NCBI RefSeq assembly: GCF_009914755.1
Contig: NC_060941.1
DNA: 64,000 nucleotides
Source of the DNA: the human T2T-CHM13v2.0 reference genome, Homo sapiens
Reading direction: 5' to 3' (one strand)
Both the position numbers and the translations under genes were made by a program. Shown one piece after another: positions 17,871 through 33,753 of the stretch; position 1 is the first letter of the stretch; each line of letters starts with the position of its first letter. Below the pieces are notes generated by a model, which was given only the letters and a program-made list of their open reading frames with translations, was not told where the DNA came from and did not search any database.

Positions 17871-18586
17871 CTACAGCACACTGTTAAATTTGAGTGGTAA
17901 AGGTGGATGGATGGCCTGTTAAACAGCTCAGAGGTAGGAATGAGTGAGTTATGCATGGGAACCAGCAGTCAGGGGCGAAGAAATGAACCAATCGGTCACA
18001 AAAGAAATGATTCATAATGTGGATCCAGAAGGGAGATATTTGTGAATGGCCAAGATCAGGATTCAGTTTTTGTATGTATTGTGACAGATAAGAGAAAATC
18101 TCTATGTGTTCTTGAGTTTAAGAGCTGACACAATTTGTGAGATTAATGGTCATAGTGCTCATTGTGAAAAACATGAAAACACATGAATTCTGCAGTTGTT
18201 GCAACTTGTGAGATGCAGTGAGAGCTTGTGAGATGTCAGATTTGGCCCTGAGTGAAAGATGTAGGAGAGCTCTTTGTTATGCAAGTCTCTGGCATTTACT
18301 GCAACTGACTTCAACAACAAAATAAAAGATCTAAAAACACTTTGGGAATAGGTATGCATCATTCTGAAAGGGTATTACTGACGATAATGAAACTTCATGA
18401 TAACAGTGACTAAACTAACAAATGCAGCAGAAGGCTCTGATCTCCTGAATGTTCACTAGTTGCTCAAGTGTAAACCAAGGGTCTCAACTCTACCTGTGCA
18501 GCCGTGTGCCCATTTTGTAGAGGGGAGCATCAAGATTTGAAGAGGTTAAATATTTGCTTTACATTATGCAATTAGAAGTTATGATT

Positions 18587-18898
<312 letters not shown>

Positions 18899-19510
18899 AG
18901 TTATGATTGAGACTCAGGTCTGTCTGACTCCAGCTGTTAACCACTATGTTCTAAGCTCTACTATGGTCAAGAGATATCCTTTGAGCACATTTTTCAAGGT
19001 AATATGATAAACACCATGGGGAAGAGAAATCTTAATCAGACATAGTATATACCCTTGACAAATTCACAGTGTACTGGGAAAGTACTAATCTCCTATAATG
19101 CATGGTGGAAAGTGATAAGAAAACAATGAATTCAGGGATGGAGAATTCACCTTTCAGAAGGCTGCCTGGAGGATGTGGCAGTTGAAGTAGGCTGTGAAAA
19201 AGGGGTAAGATGGGGCTATACTGCACCAAAAGAATAAGAATAGAGAGGAAAGAGGCGAGTGTTCCAGGTGAGAGGCAGGCCAGCAACAAAAATGAAGAGG
19301 TGGCAAACACAAGGCAGTTTTTGGAAAAGTTAAATGGCCAGTTTGATGGGACAGAAAGAGTATGTGTGGAAGTAGAGAAAATGCTGAAAAAAATACAATG
19401 CAGATTTAAATAGTATGAGTAATAATTATAGCTCATATTTGCCAGGCACCTAAAATGTGCCAGGCACTGTCCTTGGGGCTTTGAATTTATTATCTCACTG
19501 AAAAATTTCT

Positions 19511-19632
19511 AACTAGACTGTGAGATTGATATTATCCCCACCCTCATTTTACAGATAGATCTATCTGTAAAATGAGTTATCAATTTATCTGTAAAATGGG
19601 GGTGGGAATAACACCACTCTTGCAGTCTAGTT
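19511..19632. repeat. Inverted duplication within a MIR, containing a perfect 34-bp palindrome
   Basis: Arms 19511-19557 and 19586-19632 (40/47 complementary); palindrome at 19543-19576. Confidence 0.9.
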
Positions 19633-20166
19633 ATTTAGAGAAGTAACTTGTCTAGGGCCTTATGAAGATACTGGTGAAACTGAAACTCAAACACAAATTT
19701 ATCTAATGCTAAAATTCTTATTCATGAAACCATATGGTCACCCAGTAAACATTACTGTTGATGCCAAATAAACTCTGCTTTAGAGCCACAGTTTTGATCC
19801 ACTGGTCTTATTTTTTTTCTCCTCTGATTTATACATGTCTGACATACGTTGTCATTTCTCTGCAAACTTTCAGAGAACTAGGAGGGAATAGTAGGCTCTA
19901 ATTTCATCCTAGTGGAGAAAAAAAAAAAAAGAAATGGAAAATGAGTTTAATTACTCTCTGCGAAAAAGCTGTCTCTTCTCCCCAAACTTAACAATATTAA
20001 GATTAGGTCTTCACATGCTGCTGTAAGAGAACGGACTCATCCATCATTAGACATATCCTGGAAGAGGGACTGAGGGGATTATTTCCTGAGGCTCTGGATA
20101 GTATATCACTTGAAGCACCTTATAAGAAGGGATACTGTGCTTGGCTTTACACAGGATTGCTGATTT

Positions 20167-20297
20167 AGGGTGATCATACAACCTGGTTTGCCAAAAGGGG
20201 TCTTTATTTATGTCTATTAGCCTGGCATAATTATTAATGGCACCATCTTTACTCCCAAGTTGTAAGAGTTTAGAAGATGAATTATATGGTTTCCCTA
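20167..20297 (-). mobile_element. MER94 hAT-Blackjack MITE
   Basis: agggtgatcata...tatggtttcccta terminal inverted repeats. Confidence 0.7.
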
Positions 20298-21388
20298 CTG
20301 AAGGTCAGAGTAATGAGAGGTTAGAGCAGCTGCCAGCACCATTGCCTTGGGTGAGGTTTCTGTCTCACAGGGAGTTGCAGCCAAGAATCTGAAGGATTCT
20401 GCTTCTTCACAGTCTGGATGAATAAATAATGCCGTAGGGATGTGAGCCCTACCCATTACTGAATGACTGCGGGTGTCCTTGACTGCTATCCAGAGATAGT
20501 AACATCAAGTAGTCTTCTTGGCATTTGAGGGGATGAACTCTGGGTAGGAGAAGAGGAGGGGCTGTACTCATCCATGAAGTCAGCAGTTTGGGGAATAGGA
20601 GGATATGGGCTAAGAACTTCAGTCTCGGGGGATCTCATTGAATTAGGGTCATGTAAAGGGAGACACATTGCACCTTGGTGATAGAAGGCTCCTTAGTGAG
20701 GCATTTATAAAGCCCCCGCTTAATCTCAGGAAGAATGTACCTACGTTGGAACAGTTACTCATAGTTATTGAAATTTCTTAGGCCAAAAATTAAAAAGTGT
20801 ATAAATGACCACCTATCTTGGGTCACTTCTTAACTTGGCATGCTTTATTATTATTATTGATGGTTTGGAGGCTATTTTGTAATGCAATTTATTTAGAAGG
20901 TATGTATTGGGTACCTAGAAGATGCTGGGCCACTGGGGTCAAGGCTGAGATTGGAAGAAATAGAAACCAGAATAAGATAATGTTGTTCTTGTTCATAAAG
21001 CTCATTCTCAGCATCCACTACGATATACCATTTAAGCAAATATTTAAAAATACCCCAAACAATACTGTATGTTGTTTATGGAAACATTCATATATAATGG
21101 AAGTACAAAAATATGCATGAGAATAATGCAACAACTTTTGGATACTGGTTAATCCTAAAGGGAGTGGGAGGGAAGGAAAGGGATGGCTCCAGGCTTTAGC
21201 TGTATGAAAAGCATTTTATTTTGGAGGAGGAGGGGTAGTGGGGGTGGGGAAGAGAGAGAGACATGAAATAAAAATAGCAACATTTTATCATCCATTATAT
21301 CTTATTAAAATGTGTCAAATCTTAAAATATACCAGTGCACTTTTCTAAATGCCTGAAATATTTTATAATCAAAAATTAAAGTAAAAAA

Positions 21389-21767
<379 letters not shown>

Positions 21768-22424
21768 TCACAATTAAAAAAATTAAAATTTACAACAGCC
21801 TTGTAAGGAAGATAGACCCATTAAAATGGATGGCCCTTTTGTCATTACAAAGGCTTTTCCACAAAGCTGGTGAAGAAGAGAGATGGAAGGAGGAAGAGCG
21901 GGCAGAGAAGGGGGTGAGGCTAGGGCTCCTGGGGTCATGGAGTCTATGAAAAATCTGCAAGTGTGGTTGGACCATTTCACAAAAAGGGATATCTATACGC
22001 AATTGGAAGATGTGTGAGATTCTCTAATGTGAACCTCTTCATCTACTCACATACAAGGGCCTGGTGAGAATTGTTTTTTAAACTGAGGGAAGTGTCAGGT
22101 TCTTATCCTTGGTGATTCTGGCACAGAAAGAAATAGCATAGCAGGCACAGAATCAATAACCTACACGGTTGGTTAGCTCAGTGGAAGCGGTAGTTGAGAG
22201 TCAGAGTAGACCAAAAGGATCTACCTCTTGAGGAATTCACAGACAACTTGAGGAAGACTTTGGATTTTCTCAGGGCAGGGCTTAAGCGTGAGTGGAATTG
22301 AGGCCATCTTCCCCAAAGCTGAAGAGCAGGGAGATCTCAGTGGACCCTGGGTGATGCGGGACTCAGTAAACCCTTCAATGACAGTCATGAGTGAAACTCT
22401 AGGAAAAGATAGGGAAGATATTTT

Positions 22425-22775
22425 CATTAAAAAAAATTTGTGGATACATAGTAGGTGTATATATTTATAGGGTACATGAGATGTTTTGATAGAGGCATGC
22501 AATGCGAAAAAATCACATCATGGAGAATGGGGTATCCATCCCCTCAAGTATTTATCCTTTGAGTTACAAACAATCCAATTAACTCTTTAAGTTATTTTAA
22601 AAAGTACAATTGTTGTTATTGACTATAGTCAGTCCCCTCAAGCATTTATCCTTTGAGTTACAAACAATCCAGTTACACTCTTTAAGTTATTTTAAAAGGT
22701 ACAATTGTTATTATTGATTATAGTCACCCTATTGTGCTATCAAATAGTAGGTCTTATTCATTCTTTCATTTTTTT
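22425..22775 (-). mobile_element. L1MA 3' end with internal ~94-bp tandem duplication
   Basis: gtacatgagatgttttgata...cacatcatggagaatggggtatccatcccctcaag; duplicated unit at 22539-22631 and 22633-22726. Confidence 0.8.
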
Positions 22776-24438
22776 TTGTACAAGATGGGGATGACAGAAG
22801 AAAGACAGGGGTAGATAAAATGTGAGGGAGACAGAAAGAAGGAAGTAAGAATAAAGGCAAATGCATGTCATAGGAACTTGGAGAGAGGCACTTGGGGCTC
22901 CCCGAGGTCTCACTGAGGGATGCTTGAGGAAGAAGCAGCCATCCCGCTGGTCCTTGCTGGCTGAGAACATCCCCAGGTCCTCATGGAGCATGTGCGACAA
23001 TAGAGGACTTCACTGTCCATACTCATTAGTGTCCTGAAGGAGATGGTGTTGGAGCATGGTGGCTGGACTTACCCACATGATTTGCTTTGTCCTGCCTTTC
23101 AGACTGTGGGCCACCAGGTGTTTTTTTACAAGGAGTCCTACCTGCAAACATACCAGGTACTTCCTCCAAGTTGCTGATTTATGACCACAAAATGGGCTGA
23201 GGTTCACAGTCCCTTTAACACCATAGGCAAGAAAGTAATAACTTAGAAACACAAAGGAAGAGGAGTTATATTTTGCCATCTGCTGCAGTCACTGACCAAG
23301 CTTTAATCTTTTTTATTTTCTAGGTCTAGCGTTAGTGGGGGGCAGGTAGTAGCTTAGTTCCTAGATGGGAAAGAAGTTGGTCACAAGCAGATGGAGTAAG
23401 GGGTGAGATGATGAGGGAGGGGCAGGGAAGAGGGAGGAGGCAAGAGCCTGGAGGACTTCAAGGGAGGAGAAGCAAAACAGGTTTCTTGGAAATGAAACTG
23501 CTTCCCCACAAGAACAGCCTGATGTGATAAGGGCAAAGTAATGAGAAACAGACAGCTCACATTTCCCTGGAAGTGCAGAGCCAAACAGCAACTGGATTTT
23601 GACTGTTCCCAGATCGTTGTATTAACCTAAGTCCCTCCCCAGGCCCCAAGTGGGAAATGGGGTGGGGGAACCTGTCTTCAAAGGCTCCCCACTGACTCCA
23701 TGGCAAAGAGCTCAAACAGCAAGCTCTCCTCTCTCCACCTCCCAACCAATATTGCTCTTACCAGCATTGCAAATAGGGGGTGAATAGTCCTCCCTCAGCC
23801 CACTGCGTCCTTCTTCCAAATCTCCCCTCCTGTGTCCCCCACAGCTGCTTCACTAAATCATCCAGCTCAGAAAGAGCTGTCCACATGCTTGCCACTTATT
23901 CTCTTGCTGTGTGGAGGGCTTGTCTAATTTTAAGAGGCAGAAGGTAAGTGGAATCTCCAATTTCATACAGCTTGCTGGGAGAAGGCCTCATTTGATAGCC
24001 CTTGTTCAAGGGAGTCAGTGGTGGGATCTGACGTTGGATCAAACGGATTACCCCTCCCACCCCCTCCTAACCCAATGTTTTGGCCGAGCTCCCCCTAGGC
24101 AGGATCCCCAGAGCTTTCTGCCGCTTGTAGAAAAACAGTCTGACTTCTTGCACCATCAAATGACCATGGTTTCTGAAACCTGGCAGGAGCAGCCTGCTTC
24201 TTTGCCAGCTGGAAAGGGGAAGGGGCAGGTCTGTAAGAAGAAAGTGAGACCTTGACTTCAAGCTGAGAGATCCATGGACCTGAAAAAACAAGGCCAACGT
24301 TCTCACCCAGAGTCCTCATCAGAGCCTAAGAACAAAACTAGGGGCAATTCCAAAGCAGAGACAGCTATGCAAAGGCATAGATGGACATCTGTCACTTCAA
24401 CGAGAGCCCTGCTGAGGAGGTTAAAAGAATAAGAAGGG

Positions 24439-24609
24439 GCCGGGGGTGTCGACACACATGTGTAGTCCCAGCTACTTGGGGGGCTAAGGTCAGAGGATTG
24501 CCTGAACCTGGGAGGTTGAGGCTGCAGTGATCATGATTGCGCCCACTGCACTTAAGCCTGAGAGACAGACTGAGACCCTGTCTCAAAAAAAAAAAAAAAA
24601 AAAAAAAAA
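24439..24609 (+). mobile_element. Monomeric Alu (FRAM or right arm)
   Basis: Right-arm sequence only, long poly(A), TSD aaaagaataagaagggg. Confidence 0.9.
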
Positions 24610-25215
24610 GAATAAGAAGGGGTAGTAATGTAAATTTCCCATTTTGCTGGAGACTGGTTTCTCCACAGGGTTTCCTCACTTGATCCAGATGGCCTCTAGA
24701 TTTCCTAGTCCTAGATCCAACTTGGTGGAACATGAGCTCTCTTTTTCTTTTGTCATGGAGCCTGCGCAGCATATTGTTCGAGGTTCTGATTGCCTGTGAG
24801 TGCTAAGGGCTCTAAGTAGTGAGCTGGGTACTGCTGGGTGACTGTGGAAAGAATTGAAGTCTTGACCTGTGGGCTAACAGAAGAAGGACACATGGATTGA
24901 TTTACAAATGGCTTAGTTTAGACTCACAAAGGTGCTCAGATGAATGCAAATTAAAAGGAAAAGCATGGGGTACAAAGAAATCTATGTATCTGACACTTGA
25001 GAAACAATTATACAAGAGTCTTATCCACTAGAATTAAAACTCTATTCGGTTAGGGGTTTTGATTTGTTTGATTTCTTGCTGCATCCCCAGTGCCTAGTAT
25101 TCTTCCTAGGCGTACTGAACATATTAGACACTCAATAAAATTAATTTGAATGAACACATCTATTCCAGCACCAAATCTTCTTTCATAGTAATGCTTGTTA
25201 GAAATATTTTCTAAA

Positions 25216-25539
25216 TTTTATTTATTTATTTACTTACTATTTTTTACAGATATCTCTCTCTGTCACCCAGGCTGGAGTGCAGTGGTGTTATCATAGCTCA
25301 CTGCAGCCTCCAAACTCCTGGACTCAAGCAATCCTCCCTCCTCAGCTTCCTAAGTAAGCTGGTGCATACCATGCTCCTGGTGCATATCACCACATCTGGC
25401 TAATTTTTCAAACATTTTTTGTAGACATGGCATCTTGCTTTGTTGCCTAGGCTGGTCTCCAACTCTTGGCTTCAAGCAGTCCTCCTGGTTCAATCTCCCA
25501 AAGTGCTGGGATTACAGGCGTGAGCCACCGTGCCGGGCC
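25216..25539 (-). mobile_element. AluJ
   Basis: Antisense Alu; TSD ttctaaattt. Confidence 0.92.
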
Positions 25540-25984
25540 TTCTAAATTTCTTGTAATTTTATAGCAGCTGGAACAGACTCAGACAATTGTCATCTTAAGT
25601 CACAACTGCAATATGCATCTTGCCATGCCAGACTTCAGTGTTGCTAGATACAGCCCAGCAAAGGAATATTACATGGCAATTAATTTTGCATTCAAGAAGA
25701 GACTGTAAATCTGTTCATTCAACTAATATTAATTGAGATCTTACTTGAGCCAGGCACTCTACCCTGCTGGAGTAAGGACTTCATTGTTCCTTCCCTAATG
25801 GAGACTCCAGTCTGGTGGAAGTGAGAGGCATCATTACTTAGTCAAATGAATAAATATATCATTACAAATCATAATATAATGATGATGGTAGCTAACGTTT
25901 ACTGAATGCATAACTGCCTGCTAGGGATTGTGCTAAGCATTTTGCGCGTGTTATTTAATATTCTTAAAATTGAAGTAGCCAGGT

Positions 25985-26915
<931 letters not shown>

Positions 26916-27399
26916 GTAATTTACATTCCCACCAGCAGTGCATAAGCATTCCCTTTTCACCATATCCATGCCAAGATCTCTTGTTTTTTGACTTTTTAAT
27001 AATGGCCATTCTGGCTGGGATAAGGTGGTGGTATCTTGTGGTTTTAATTTGCATTTCCCTGATGAGCATTTTTTTTCATGTTTCTTTGTCATTTGTATGT
27101 ATCTTCTTTTGAGAAGTGTCTATTCATGCCATTTGCCCACTTTTTGATGGGATTATTATTTTTTTTTCTGGCTGATTTGTTTGAGTTCCTTGTAGAAGCT
27201 GGATATTAGACCTTTGTCAGATACATAGTTTGTATTTTCTCCCTCTCCATGAGTTGTCTGTTTACTCTTTTGATTATTTCTTTTGCTGTGCAGAAGATTT
27301 TTAGTTTAATTAGGTCCCATTTATTTACTTTTGATTTTGTTGCATTTGCTTTTGAGGTCTTAGTCATAAATTCTTTGCCTACGCCAATGTCCAGAAGAG
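26916..27399 (-). mobile_element. L1PB (PB3-like), 5' portion of copy A
   Basis: ORF2 C-terminal peptide [18 protein letters not shown]. Confidence 0.9.
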
Positions 27400-27557
27400 A
27401 AAAGCTAGTATATTTTTGAAACAGAAAGGCGGTGAATGATGTAATGATGATTAATCCTATGGCCCATTATGCTCAAATATAAGAGAACCAATGCCACAAT
27501 TAAAATATAAAACTCAAAATTTATTTTTCCACTCTTAACTTTAAGATTAGTAGTTTA

Positions 27558-27841
<284 letters not shown>

Positions 27842-28679
27842 TTAATATCAGCAAAACAATATTATCCATCACATTAAAGTAATGCCTCTGATTTGAACTT
27901 TATTAGCTGAGTAGAGTTTGACATATTTATTTTATAAATTGGTGTACGTTATATTGTTGTATAAGTATAAAGAGTTTATGCTTATTTTATATTTGTAGAT
28001 ATTTAAGTAACCTTATGATAAAAATAAAATACTGTAAATCAACACTAGTTTTTTACACTAGTGATTTACACTAGTGTCTGTGAAACTTTTTTCCCCTCTT
28101 TATGGGAGACTATTTGTTACTGAATTTTGTGATGACAATATTATTTTAATTTTTCTATATCAAAATTACTCATCGATGATATACTGACTGGCACTACATA
28201 CTAATGACTGTCATTTGAACAATAATCACTTCGAAGCTCTCCCCTCCAAATGCACAGTGCATATGCATAACATGTATGAGTCTATCTACGCAATGCTTTT
28301 AGCTTTGAAATGCATATTCGCTATAACTGCGTTTATCAAAATTTTATCTAAAATATACTACATTTCTACTATGTTTAATATACATATGCAGATTACATCA
28401 TGGAATTATAACAATAGCTCTATGAAGTATACACTAATACTGGACCCATTTTGTTGGTAAGCAAGGCGAGGCTCAAAGATAAAAAGGGAATTGTTCAAGG
28501 TTATAGGGTTAGTGACACAGAGAAGGGATTCAACTGAAACAATATGACTCTCTATATGTTCTCTTAACCATCAACTTTTGATAGCTTGTCCTTTAGTAAT
28601 ACCTATAATTTGTGTATAGATTGATTTTCTCCATTAGACATGAACTCTTGTAAAGCAAAAATAGTGTCTTAATTTTTTA

Positions 28680-29000
28680 ACAACTTTAATTGAGGTAAAA
28701 TTCACATACCCTATAAAGCACTCATTTGTATAATTCAGTGGTTTTGTGCATATAACATTATTACTTTTTATAAATTGTGATTATATATAATAAAATTTGT
28801 CGTTTGTTCATTTTAAGTGTACAATTCCGTGACATTAATTCCATTTACAATGTTGTGCAACCACCTTCTCTATCTATTTCCAAACTTTTTCATGACCCCA
28901 AACAAAAACTCTGTAACCATTAAGCAATAATTCCCTATTCCCCTCTTCCCCAACACCCTGGTAATCTCTAATCTACTTTCTATCCTTATGAATTTGCCTA
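28680..29000 (-). mobile_element. L1MB-type 3' end fragments
   Basis: ttttaagtgtacaattc...caatgttgtgcaacc...aatctactttc. Confidence 0.7.
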
Positions 29001-29933
29001 GAATGGTACATTATTGATCTTTATTCCCCATTACCTTGAACAGATGCCAAACTTGTAGGAAGTGGTCAATCCATATGTGTTGAACCAATGAAGAATAGAC
29101 ATGTTGTCCTTGCATCTTTGCCTAGACTATAATTTTTTTAAATGCTCCTTATTCTTCTGCACCAACATTCCTTCTTATACCATCTTCATTTACAACCCAG
29201 TTTATTAACTTATCCTCTCTAGGCAACTTTCCTCTTGTCCATGCCCTTATGCCGTATCATCCAGAAATATATAACATACTGCTTCAGCTGCACAGAGGTA
29301 AATGAGCTGATAAAACAGCCAAAGATTCTGAGATAAATGAAAAAGGCTCCCACACAATCAAATGAATGACCATGACTAAGGGCATCTCACATGAGCATAG
29401 ATGATTAAATACCAAGTCCCTGAACCGCTATCACTAGAAGGTATAGAAAATGAATTTTCTGTAAGAGTTCACATCTTTAAGCAATGAGAGATGCATTTTC
29501 AAGCTGAACTCACCTGAATGTCACTCTCTGTCAACAAAAGCCATGGAGGTAACCAACAACCTCTTCTTTCTACAGTACAGAACAGAGAAGGGCAAGAGGA
29601 GGAGCAGGTGTAGCAGAGAGGCAACACTAGGACACGTTGTTTCTGAAGTGATTTACGAATGACAAGTAGAAGTAGTGAATACAAAATGAAAATTAGAGGA
29701 GGTAGTTCTTCCAGTTGTTTAAAAAGAGAGAGAAATAAGCAACAGCTGCAGCTTGTGTTCTGCTATTTGAAGGTGAACTCTTCCTTTAGAATTTCAGACT
29801 TTTAGCAACAGCTTAGCGGTTGAAACTACAGAAATGATGTTGATACACTTAAATTCAGTACTTTCAGCAGTTGCAAATAGATAAAGAATTTTCTGCATTT
29901 TATATAAAGCCACTGATAGAATAAAGTAATAGT

Positions 29934-30220
29934 GGCCAGGCACAGTGGCTCACGCCTTTAATCCCAGCACTTTAGGAAGCTGAGGTGGGTGGATCACGAG
30001 GTCAGGAGTTCAAGACCAGCTTGACCAGGATGGTGTAACCCCATCTCTACTCAAAATACAAAAATTAGCCAGGTGTGGTGGTGGGTGCTTGTAATCCCAG
30101 CTACTCAGGAGGCTGAGGCAGAGAATTGCTTGAACCCGGGAGGCGGAGGTTGCAGTGAGCCGAGATCGTGCTCCGGCCTGGGCGACAGAGCGAGACTCAC
30201 TCTCAAAAAAAGAAAAAAAA
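29934..30220 (+). mobile_element. AluS (Sg-like)
   Basis: Dimeric Alu with small internal deletion. Confidence 0.93.
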
Positions 30221-30225
30221 GCAAT

Positions 30226-30450
30226 AGTAATATATGGATCCATATATTAAAACAATAAGTAATATATGGATCCGTATATATTAAGACAACAAGTAATATA
30301 TGGATCAATAATTAAAACAAAGAATGGGATCAATGGACTATTAAAAACATGAACAAGGTGAGAGAGATGAGAGGGGAAAGGAAAGAGGGGAGAATATTCA
30401 AAACATGAACAAGGTGAGAGAGATGAGAGGGAAAAGGAAAGAGGAGAGAA
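30226..30450. repeat. Three ~32-bp palindrome-containing units followed by a 56-bp tandem duplication
   Basis: agtaatatatggatc x3; aaaacatgaacaaggtgagagagatgagaggg x2. Confidence 0.85.
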
Positions 30451-31829
30451 AAAAGAGACTCTAGGACATACCAAGACAGACGTTTTGCCCTGAGCTACAC
30501 CTGAATAAGAATTCACTAATTTCTTAAAAACGAGGAAATGAAATTTAATACTGGAACACTATATATTTCTTTTATATCATATGTATAGATTTATGCTTAG
30601 GTTAACAACTTAGTAAAGTGAATGTTGTTTCTCCCATATTGTGGATTAAGTCATTCTTAACTAATAATTTTGTGGTCTTTAAGGAGTCCCAGATCAAATC
30701 CATACCTGGGTCACTTGTTTGCAATAGGCATTATAAAAAATTATATTGAAGATTCTGTTGCTAAGCTAAGCAGTGCCCTCTGAAGATTGTTGCCTTGACA
30801 AGGATAATCACTCTTGGAGGAGTTAGACATTGCAGAGGTACTTGATGGGTGACCTGCATGGGCCCTTTCTCAGAGCCTTATTACCATGTATTTTTCCAAA
30901 CACTTAGTAGAGATAAGAGTTGGCCTCATAAACCTTAGTTATATTCATTAGGTCCTAGGCCAGTTTATTCTTTCATTTAGGAAATAGGTATTGAGTATAG
31001 ACTCTGCATCAGGGGCTTTACTGTGTAAAATGCTGGGAGACCATGAGAATACCTGTCAGTGTACAATTTTCAAAATGTTAAAAACATAATTCTCATGAAA
31101 AACACAGAGAGCAAATGTCAAAGTTGTATTTGAGTCATTCATGAGGGATTCATCAAGATAATCAAGCCGATTCAAAGAAAGATATGGGGTAAAAAAAATA
31201 TATGCTATATATACATATATGAATACATATGTACATGTAGAAAAGGAGAGAGAGATAGAAGAAGAGAGTCAGTTTAACCAAAAAAGTGCTGGAATAAGAT
31301 TTCTAAATTGGATTAAAAAACAGTCAATTTCTACAGTATAGTAAAATCATAACTTTGGGGGTAATAATTCTGTCTACTAGACAAAAATCATTTACATATT
31401 ATCAGTTTCCTACAAGTTCAACCTTAACTTTACAGAGTCTGGCCCTTTATTAAGGTAAAAAGTACATCAAATGAAAACCAGTTGACCCATGGACAGGCTT
31501 ATTACCCAATGCTCTATGACATGGACAGAACACGCAGTCATCCTTCTTTCCTTATTTCTAAGTTTTGGGTGATCTTTCTTCACATGATGAACAAAAGCAG
31601 AGTCTCTACGCTCACGGATCTATCACCTAGTCACATTATCATTGCATTACTGATTACGCAAATACATGGAGATTTCAACTGTGTTGAGAGTTGTGAAGGA
31701 GGGTACACAATGGTTATAAGTGTTTACAACAGGGATTTTTCTAAGCAGGGGATCAGGAAGGCACCAGTGAGGAAGGAGACACCAGAGGGGGAAACACTGG
31801 GGAACACTGGGCAGCAGTGAACCAGATGG

Positions 31830-32900
31830 GCCCTCATTTCTTCCCTACCCACACATCTCTCCATGGCTTTGAGCACCATGTATGTGACGATTTCTCTCAC
31901 ACGTACACATTTAGTCCTTTCTCTCCTCAAAACTTCAGACCTGAGAGTTCACTTGGATGGCACACAGGCATCTCACCTTGGCATGTTCAAAGCAGAATTC
32001 TCAGTCCTGCTCACACCAAACATCAACCCTTCTCATAGCCTTTCTGTTTTAGTAAGTGGCACCACCGTCCCTCCAATTGATCAAAACAAAGGTTTAGGAA
32101 TTCTTTCCGATTTTCCTCTTTCCCTCACTCCCCCTACCCCAAAGCAGTTTGTCAGTTAACACTGCCTGCTCCTCCCTTATAGTATGCAAAATCCACCACT
32201 TTCACACCACTACCCAGGGCCAAGACATCAACATCCCCTCTCTCGTGAACTATTTCAGTGTTTCCACCAAGACTTCATTCTCCACTTAGCAGCCAAAAGG
32301 TAAATCTCAGCTAAAAGGTAAATCCTATCCTGTCGCTCTTCTAAAATCCCTCCAGTGGTAACTGGAATAAAATCTAAACTCCTCCCACTGACTCACACAG
32401 CCCTACGACACCCGACATTCATAACTTTTGACTCAACTGTTACTATTTCCACTCCCACCCCGAGCCCCACCCCTAACTCCACTCTGGTCACACAATCCTT
32501 CTTTCAGTTCTTCAAACATTCCATGCTTATTCCCAGCTAATGGCCTTTGAGCTTGTAGTTCTCTCTTTCTGACATATTTTTCCTTGTTACTTTTGTCTGT
32601 CTGTCTCCTTTCGTTATCCAGATCTCAAGCTTAAATATTACATCTTTAGAAAGGTCTTCCCTAACCACCCAATCCAACCTACACCTAGTTTCTCTCCATC
32701 AGATCTTTTGACTTTAATTCTCTGCATGATGTCATCATGAGCTGCTATTTCTTCTTGTTTACTTCCTCTTTTTTCTCTGTCTGCCCTTCCCAACCCAACC
32801 CCTCCATACATGTCTTGAATTTTAGTTGTAACTCCAGTGCCTACAACAGTGCCTAACACATAGCAGGTGCTAGAAAATAATTTTTGAATACATGAACAAG
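31830..32900 (+). mobile_element. L2
   Basis: Pyrimidine-rich L2 body ending cagtgcctaacacatagcaggtgc...tgaata. Confidence 0.75.
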
Positions 32901-33599
32901 CAAAGAGGGAAAGGACAATCACTCAGACAAAAGGAGACAAAAGGAGCATAAAGGACTGAAAAAAAATATTCAGCGTAGTGAGAAGCTGGGAGCACAGAGA
33001 GTAGGAGGGAGCAGGGTGAAAAGGACAGCGGAGAGCAGAAGCCTCCAGCCCACGCAGCACTCGGAGGGATTTTAAGGAGTTTCATCTTCATCCAAATACT
33101 AATGAGAAGGCAGACACAGGGCTGAGAAAAGGATAATATGCTAGTGATCTTGAACTCAAACTGAAAGAGACTTAATAGGAAAAATAAGGCCACTGCTGTA
33201 GTGATGGGCCCCCGGGTAGTCAGAGCAGAAATGCACTGACCCACATCAGTTCATTTCTCTCCCCATGGCACACACAGTCATCATCACTTCCAGCCTCGCC
33301 ACCATGAAGTGAACAACAGCCCGTGGAATGAACTTTCACTTCTTCAAGAGCATAATGCTGCTTTCCAACCCAGGCCCGCCCTGCATGCGGTTTCCTCTAC
33401 ATACAAAGCTCCTCCAACTTCCACATGCCTAGTTAACTCCTTTTTTCCCCTTCATTTCTCTGCTGAAACCTCATTTCCTCAGGAAAAGCCTTCTTGGACC
33501 CTCTCCCCGCACCATACTGTGTCAGGGCCCACTGTTATAGTTCCCTGAACTGTAACTCCAAGAAATTACCATTCTTTCTTTCACAGCAGGAATCAGTAT

Positions 33600-33750
33600 C
33601 ACATGCGGTTGAAAATGAAAGCTGTTAGACTGCGTAGCATCCCACATTTTCTACGTGGTAGCTGTGTAAACATAGGCAAATTATATAATCTCCTTGAAGA
33701 CTTCAGTTTCATTATCTGTAAAATAGGAATAATAATAGTCCCTACTTCAA
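33600..33750 (+). mobile_element. MIR (partner of the MIR half at ~25870-25978)
   Basis: cttcagtttcattatctgtaaaataggaataataatagtccctac. Confidence 0.75.
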
Positions 33751-33753
33751 AAA

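Noticed and set aside
30226-30320. CRISPR-like palindromic repeats
   Set aside because: Primate DNA, no unique spacers, no cas genes
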